From positions 416,001 to 480,000 of the forward strand of contig JBGASG010000004.1 of assembly GCA_044229845.1 (NCBI GenBank): a stretch of 64,000 nt of DNA. The letters are read 5' to 3'. The stretch comes from Candidatus Obscuribacteraceae bacterium (GTDB taxonomy: Bacteria > Cyanobacteriota > Vampirovibrionia > Obscuribacterales > Obscuribacteraceae). Every line of letters begins with the position of its first letter. Positions within the stretch are counted from its first letter, which is position 1. The notes below the pieces were generated by a model. That model searched no databases and was not told the DNA's origin. It saw nothing but the letters and a program-made list of their open reading frames with translations. A program made the position numbers and the translations under genes. Below are positions 58,547 through 64,000 of the stretch, one piece after another.

Positions 58547-58724
58547 TGGGTTGCTCCATTGTTCGCCGTAGCGAATTACCCCCGTAGAGGCGCGGAAGCG
58601 CACCGCACCGCAGATGGTGCTCGTGAGCACCGGGCGCGCCGCACTGAGAAACGTGAGAGGCACGACCACCGAACACGGCTTTTCAGCTGCATTCCAGGGA
58701 CATGCCTCTCGTTAGTCGAACAAC

Positions 58725-58994
58725 TCAGCGGTCTGAATACCGGCGAACGCGTACGTTGCCGGCCTTGCAGCCCACTGAGTTGAACCTGGTCGGAATGGCT
58801 TCGTAGCCTTCCAACTGCAGGATTTTGACGGCATCGTCGATGACGAAGTCGGCTTCGGGATAACCGTCGTCGATCATGACGTTGACGGCGGGGTCGAACT
58901 GACCGGGCTGATAGAGAGCAGCGTGCTTCTCCTTCAGCAGGTCGGCGAACGCCCGTCCGGCGACGTCATTGTTGACTGCGAGTTTGACCGACAT
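58725..58994 (-). CDS. Hypothetical protein
   Basis: AAGGA RBS. Confidence 0.55.
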   Translation of the reverse strand: MSVKLAVNNDVAGRAFADLLKEKHAALYQPGQFDPAVNVMIDDGYPEADFVIDDAVKILQLEGYEAIPTRFNSVGCKAGNVRVRRYSDR

Positions 58995-59065
58995 GCTAGT
59001 CGTTCCTTCTCGGTTTTTGGTTGGTGGTGGTTGGTCGGATTAAGTAGACGCAGTGACGCGCAGCC

Positions 59066-59278
59066 TCAGCTGCAGCGGTAGTGCGCGAACGCGGTCTCGC
59101 TGTCGCCCAGCAGGACCTCGGTGGTGCCGGAGAACGGCACGCCCAGGTCACGCAAGAAAAGCTCGACCTCACCCTCGTGCACCTTGTCGTAGTGAACGGT
59201 GCCGGCGTTGCGGAAGCGCAAGCGGGTGGGCTTCTTGAACGTCGAACTGAATCGACGCTGGTCGCTGTTGTCCGCCAT
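59066..59278 (-). CDS. Small hypothetical protein
   Basis: GGAG RBS before MADNSDQ. Confidence 0.5.
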   Translation of the reverse strand: MADNSDQRRFSSTFKKPTRLRFRNAGTVHYDKVHEGEVELFLRDLGVPFSGTTEVLLGDSETAFAHYRCS

Positions 59279-59680
59279 GTGGATCTCTCCGTAGGTTTGG
59301 CGTTGATGGGCTTCTCCGTCGCCTTCGTATAACCGACCGCCCATCTGGTGATGGTGGAACCTCAATGAGACTAGCTGTGTGCTGGTCTGAAAAAGTTTCG
59401 CGTCGGTTTCCGGGAATCAGGGTCGGGAGAAGTAGTCAGATGCAATCAGATCTCCAGCGCGTTTCTCGCTCGCGAGCGGGTTATGATTTATGACTGCGTG
59501 TTTTGAGGATTGTAAAGAGAGATCGCAGAAACCAGCATAGTAGGCTGTTTCACAAAGCTGCCACGCGTGCGCCATCCGCGCCAGCGGTGACTGGACTGAT
59601 TGCCGATCAGCGCGCCGGCCACTGGCGCCGCCCGCGCTAGCCGGTCACACCTGGGCACTACCTGTGATACCGCTTCTCGA

Positions 59681-60475
59681 TCAGCGGGGACCCATAACCC
59701 CATCGAATGCTTTTTGAATTTCCAGGTCTTTCGGACGCAGCGTCTTGGCCATGCCATAGCAGGCCAACGCCGCCGGAAAGTCACCGGCCGCCTGCCGGCA
59801 GATGCCCAGGTTGTACCAGGCGATCGCATCACCAGGATGTTGTTTGACCATCGCATCAAGAAGCGGCGATGCCTCCGACCACTTTTGCGCATCGAGCAGC
59901 GCTTCGATTTCTTTGATCTTCGCCGCCTTCTGCGGATCGGAATTAGGCACCGCAGCAGTGTTCGGCGAGAAATCTTCTTTAAGCGCGGCTGCCAGCCTGG
60001 CTCCTACATCCGCGTCCGGCTTGATGTTGAGCGCTGCGCGATATTCGACGACCGCTCCGTAAATACGCTTTTCATTGAAAGCTTGATCGCCCAGCTTGAC
60101 GCGGTCTTCGAAGCTGGCGGGATCTAGCCCCAGCCTGCGCATGATGCCGTCCAGGTTAGCCGCCGTGGTCTTGTTGCCCGAGCTGTAAAAAAGCGCTCGC
60201 TCAAACCATTTAATCGCCTGCTTCGGCTCGCTCTCCAGAGTCAGCCCCTTGTTGTTGCAGGCAATTCCCATGTTGTCCCGCGCCAGGCTGTAGAGCGGAT
60301 CGCCCGCCAGCGCTTCTTCGAATTTGGCGATCGCGGTGTCGTAGTCTTTGTCGTTGAGAGCCTTGACGCCTTGATTATTCAGCCCGATCACCACCGGTGG
60401 TGTTTCCGCGACGGCCGACAGCGCCACCGTCAGCAGTGGCAGCGTCAGAATCAGCAGCTTCTTGTAGTTCATCAT
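59681..60475 (-). CDS. Exported TPR protein
   Basis: Signal peptide; LNNQGV..A..FEEAL; AWYNLG TPR motifs. Confidence 0.85.
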   Translation of the reverse strand: MMNYKKLLILTLPLLTVALSAVAETPPVVIGLNNQGVKALNDKDYDTAIAKFEEALAGDPLYSLARDNMGIACNNKGLTLESEPKQAIKWFERALFYSSGNKTTAANLDGIMRRLGLDPASFEDRVKLGDQAFNEKRIYGAVVEYRAALNIKPDADVGARLAAALKEDFSPNTAAVPNSDPQKAAKIKEIEALLDAQKWSEASPLLDAMVKQHPGDAIAWYNLGICRQAAGDFPAALACYGMAKTLRPKDLEIQKAFDGVMGPR

Positions 60476-61239
60476 TATTTGCTGCCTCCGGCGGTTTGAC
60501 CTTTCGGTTTCTCATGAACGTTGTAGTCAAAGGTGAATTGAATATCGACGGAATCGGGAGAGCCCGCCGGCAGAGGCGGCAACTTGCCGACAGCGCGCAC
60601 CGCCGCCAGAGCCTTTTCGTTGGCGGTCTCGTCATCAGCCGTCGTCGTCAAATGGAGATCGGAGATGTTGCCCAGATAGTCGATTTTGAACTGCGCCTGC
60701 ACATGCTTGCTGGTGTCCTTCTTCGGCGGCATCCAGTTGCTCTTGATGGCGCGTTGCATGCCCGCCATATAAGGGCCGAAATCAACAGTCGGCGCCCGAT
60801 CTTCGACCTTAACGCTGCCGTCGGCTTTAAAAGTGACGTGCCAGGGGAGGCTTTTGTCAGTCCACTTTTGAGCGCTCGCCTCCTTGAGCAAAAGCGCCTT
60901 GGCCGCCTCGTCATATTCGGAACTAGTCGACGAGTTGTAGATGGAGACCTGAAACTTCGCTACTGGTTTCGCCGGGTCGAACGTGAACGATACGAACCCG
61001 CGACCAGGTTTGGAGGGCGGCTTCCACTCTTTCCGCAAGCGCGCACTCAGGTCACTCATCTCACCGGTGGCGGTGGCACCGGTTGCCTGTCCGGCGGCTG
61101 CCTGCCCACTGTCCCAGTGCCTGGGCTTGGGAAGCGGCGGATCGGCGTGCGCCCAATTCGCAGCCGGTCCGATGATAAGGAAACCAGCCAGGGCAGCCAA
61201 AACCGCTGCCCGCATCGCGCCAGAACGTGCGTTTTGCAT
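60475..61239 (-). CDS. TonB/TolA C-terminal domain protein (two copies of the domain)
   Basis: DFGPYM..QRAIKSNWMPP..FKI..G.I..ALAAV..PPLP..IQFTFDY. Confidence 0.8.
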   Translation of the reverse strand: MQNARSGAMRAAVLAALAGFLIIGPAANWAHADPPLPKPRHWDSGQAAAGQATGATATGEMSDLSARLRKEWKPPSKPGRGFVSFTFDPAKPVAKFQVSIYNSSTSSEYDEAAKALLLKEASAQKWTDKSLPWHVTFKADGSVKVEDRAPTVDFGPYMAGMQRAIKSNWMPPKKDTSKHVQAQFKIDYLGNISDLHLTTTADDETANEKALAAVRAVGKLPPLPAGSPDSVDIQFTFDYNVHEKPKGQTAGGSK

Positions 61240-61366
61240 AGCAATAAACCTGTTAACCGATTGAGCGCATAGTATAGACCACAGGCGCGATTGCACGGGG
61301 AGAAACCGGCTGTCAGTGGCCGGCTTTCTCCCTTATGCTGACGATTGAGATCAGGCAGGAAACCCC

Positions 61367-62653
61367 ATGTTCGCGCGCTTCAAACAGTTTCTTCCAGCCG
61401 CAGAAAAATTCGCGGGCAGCATCAAACCGGCACCGATTGGCAAGCTTGCCGGCACACTGACCGCCGCCATTCCAGTCGCCGGATTTGTTGTCTGCGCCAT
61501 CGCCTGCCCGTCTCCACAGCTGGTGGGCGCTGTCTGCCTGGAAGTGGGAGGACTGGCTTTTCTGGTCTACTGGCGCCACCTGCGGCGCCCGCGCCCGCTC
61601 GCACACACGCGCCTGCAATCATGTCTGGACTGGTGGCGCCGGCGCTACCGCCGGCAGTTTCGTGTCGGATCCGCTGTACAAAGCGCGAGCGCTCTGCTGA
61701 CGATCGCCGCCGCATTGGCTCTGACTGTCGAGTTTGCTGGTTTCTTCCTGGCGTTTTGCGGGCAAGAAACCGCTGCGCGCACGCTGTTCGTCAACCTGCC
61801 GGTCTCGCGCTGGCTCACGGGACATCCGGCGCACTCGCTGGAGTTTCTTGCCGGAGCCTATGCCGATGCAGGCAATTACCGTCGCGCTCATCCCCTCTAC
61901 ACGGACCTGGCACGCATCCGCACCGCCAGCCTGCCTCCCGGCGACGAACTGGTGCCCGCCATCTGGACCGATATCGGCATGCTCTACATGCGCGAGAAAC
62001 AATTTGCTCAGGCAGAAACGGCGTTCCGCCGGTCGCTTTCCATGGCAGAGCGCGCGCAGGCAGACCTGATGGCCGGGCGTTTGCTGACCGGGTTGGGAAA
62101 TGCGTTGCGCGAACAGGGACGATACGGAGAAGCTGACACCGTTTACCGCCAAGCGATTGCGATGCGCTCGCAGAAATTTGGCGCGGGCAGCCTCAAAGTG
62201 GCGGAGTCGCTCAGTGAATATGCTGTCTGTCTCGAACGCGCCGGGCGCGCTCACGAAGCCGCCGACTGCCGAGCGCGGGTCGCGCAAATTATCGCGAGCC
62301 TCAAACGCGCGGGCGGCGCTCGTGCCGCCGTTTCGCCGGCATTGCTTGCCGCCGGCACAATTTTCACTCTGGTGATTTCACTGCTTGCCTTCGCAGGTGA
62401 TACCATTCTCATCCAACTCACGCGGCTGATTCTAAGACGCAAAGCCGCATCCCAACCGCTTTCCACCGAAGAAGTCGAGCTGCTCGCTCTGCTCTCCACA
62501 CTCGGACGGACGGTGACCACTGATGCATCCACCCGTTTGTCACAAACCAAACCTGCCGATGTGACAAAACCCGCTCCGCGCCGCGGATGTGTCAACCTGC
62601 CGCCCTATAAACTTGACAAACCGGCTCCGCACCTCGGTTTTGTCAAGTTTTGA
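61367..62653 (+). CDS. Membrane TPR protein
   Basis: TM segments plus kinesin-light-chain-like TPRs (LGNALREQGRYGEA). Confidence 0.8.
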   Translation: MFARFKQFLPAAEKFAGSIKPAPIGKLAGTLTAAIPVAGFVVCAIACPSPQLVGAVCLEVGGLAFLVYWRHLRRPRPLAHTRLQSCLDWWRRRYRRQFRVGSAVQSASALLTIAAALALTVEFAGFFLAFCGQETAARTLFVNLPVSRWLTGHPAHSLEFLAGAYADAGNYRRAHPLYTDLARIRTASLPPGDELVPAIWTDIGMLYMREKQFAQAETAFRRSLSMAERAQADLMAGRLLTGLGNALREQGRYGEADTVYRQAIAMRSQKFGAGSLKVAESLSEYAVCLERAGRAHEAADCRARVAQIIASLKRAGGARAAVSPALLAAGTIFTLVISLLAFAGDTILIQLTRLILRRKAASQPLSTEEVELLALLSTLGRTVTTDASTRLSQTKPADVTKPAPRRGCVNLPPYKLDKPAPHLGFVKF

Positions 62654-62930
62654 ATCCGATAAGTTGACAAAACCCGCTCCTCACCCCTGATTTGTCAACC
62701 ACGAGACCGAAAAACTTGACAAAACAGGCTCCGCACCTCGGTTTTGTCAACCTGCGAGACCGAAAACTTGACAGAAGCATCTTCGAACCTCAGCTTTGTA
62801 ATCAAAACAGGCATTTCAATTACAAAACAGGCTTAAGGCTTCGGTTTTGTAATTAAAACCGGCTGTTTCAGTTACAAATTGGGCTGGAGATCGTGTTTTT
62901 GTAATCAAAACAAGCAGTTTCAATTACAAA
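62536..62930. repeat. 8-unit, 51-52 bp tandem array of inverted-repeat pairs
   Basis: TGT(C/A)A half-sites at 62538, 62590, 62641, 62693, 62745, 62797, 62848, 62900; complements 22-23 bp later. Confidence 0.9.
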
Positions 62931-62934
62931 TCGA

Positions 62935-63206
62935 CGGGTGCGCGCGGGTGCGGGTGCGCGGATGCGCGGGTGCGCGCGGGTGCGGGTGCGCGGATGCGCG
63001 GGTGCGCGCGGGTGCGGGTGCGCGGATGCGCGGGTGCGCGGATGCGGGTGCGGGTGCGGGTGCGCGGATGCGGGTGCGCGGGTGCGGGTGCGCGGATGCG
63101 GGTGCGGGTGCGGGTGCGGATGCGGATGTGGGTGTGGGTGCGCGCGAGCCGGGTGTGGGTGCGCGCGAGCCGGGTGTGGGTGCGCGCGAGCCGGGTGCGG
63201 GTGCGG
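62935..63206. repeat. GC-rich low-complexity repeat (GCGGGT/GCGCGGAT units, then three 21-bp copies)
   Basis: Read directly; GGGTGTGGGTGCGCGCGAGCC at 63130, 63151, 63172. Confidence 0.9.
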
Positions 63207-63847
63207 CGCTAGCTGCGTGAGGTGCGCAGCCGGCTGACACGCCTTATGCACGCGAGGCGCGAAAGCGCCGCCTGTCCGCGTCCCGCCTAGCGTAGAGGCA
63301 CTAGATGCGGTTGTAATGAGAATCTGTAAAGGTCCTCTTGACTAGCAAATTCTCAACCAGATCTGATACCCAATTGAGTATCTCTTTTCTTTCCCTGTCC
63401 ACGTGTAATCAGCGAGCTAACAAGCAATACCTGCGGCTCAATGGAAGTTTCTTCCTGGAACCTGTTGTTCCGCGGGAGCGCACGCGCGTCAAGGCAACAT
63501 CAACAACCATCACCACCGGCGAGCACCGCAACCACGGCAGCCGCACGGTGACACCACCAACCACCCGAACCCCAGAAAAGTACGCAGTCTCGATATGGCG
63601 CCGGTTCGCTCGGACCCGCGCTATACCGAAGCTGCGTATTCGACGTACAAGCAAAAGCAAGGCATCGCTCCATGAAGGGGCGAATCAATCAGCAGTCCGA
63701 TCGGCTCCAACCTGCCTGACTGCACGTTAGTGAAACTCGACGACCGCCATGAGGCAGTCGCCGCAACCCACAACATCCTAACCCGCGCACGTGACACCTC
63801 GCCCAGAGCAGGCGAGCGGTCACGCTGCGCATCCAGGAGACAGTGCT

Positions 63848-64000
63848 ATGCCTGACTCACACAATATCGTTCTCTACGCACTGGATGTCGCCCGCTCCCT
63901 GGGAGCGAGTTACGCCGATGCGCGATTCGTCGCTCAGAAGAGCGAAGGAATCGACACGTTCATGGAGCGCCTCACCGGAGCCGGCGTCGACGAGACTTTC
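63848..64000 (+). CDS. tldD: TldD/PmbA family protein, 5' part
   Basis: Hand translation MPDSHNIVLYALDVARSLGASYADARFV; AGGAG RBS. Confidence 0.7.
   Translation, partial: MPDSHNIVLYALDVARSLGASYADARFVAQKSEGIDTFMERLTGAGVDETF

Noticed and set aside
10716..58619. NtrC site or lambda-type operator identity for the CACC box
   Set aside because: NtrC sites are GCAC-N7-GTGC and lambda half-sites are 1 bp apart; here the geometry is CAC-N8-GTG.
56957..58783. 608-aa plus-strand ORF
   Set aside because: Antisense to two better-supported minus-strand genes; no motifs.
62536..62930. CRISPR array
   Set aside because: Only about 8-bp arms are conserved, the intervening segments resemble each other rather than being unique spacers, and no cas genes are visible.
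62868..63251. His-Pro, Cys-Gly and Arg-Val repeat ORFs
   Set aside because: They are open in nearly all frames because the microsatellite has no stop codons; no RBS or coding evidence.
1..64000. tRNA, rRNA, riboswitch or reverse-transcriptase systems (DGR, retron)
   Set aside because: None recognised by eye; a covariance-model and HMM scan would be needed to exclude them firmly.

Overview
This is a GC-rich bacterial chromosome segment with no rRNA, tRNA, CRISPR array, integrase or transposase that I can recognise. The resident-looking genes are a Ser/Thr kinase-TPR fusion with a CxxC..SVTQWIF..CxC N-terminus, an OmpR-type regulator with histidine kinases, a TonB-C/TPR cluster, an M28 peptidase, a BNR + MoaD pair, cdd and tldD. 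They suggest a non-photosynthetic cyanobacterial relative (Ca. Melainabacteria, Obscuribacterales-like); this is inference only. Between them lie many short accessory blocks of mixed apparent origin: a Planctomycete-type secreted protein, GH25 and M15-like cell-wall hydrolases, a lipid block, GH63/GH1/GH30 enzymes, a long run of small Zn-finger and S1 hypotheticals, and four related membrane-anchored beta-repeat proteins. The strongest unexplained signals are non-coding. (1) A palindrome TAC(T/G)A-N7-T(A/C)GTA occurs 11 times, always just downstream of the 3' end of an accessory block, so it is a candidate cassette-boundary or recombination core site. (2) A second palindrome, CACCR-N4-YGGTG, occurs about 13 times exactly in intergenic DNA. 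Four of these boxes (two exact, two near-matches) are fused to 11-bp-phased heptamer repeats. (3) An 8-unit array with a 51-52 bp period, built from covarying inverted repeats (TTTGTCAA-N17-TTGACAAA switching to TTTGTAAT-N17-ATTACAAA), sits at 62.5-62.9 kb. All motif counts come from reading by eye, not from an exhaustive scan.
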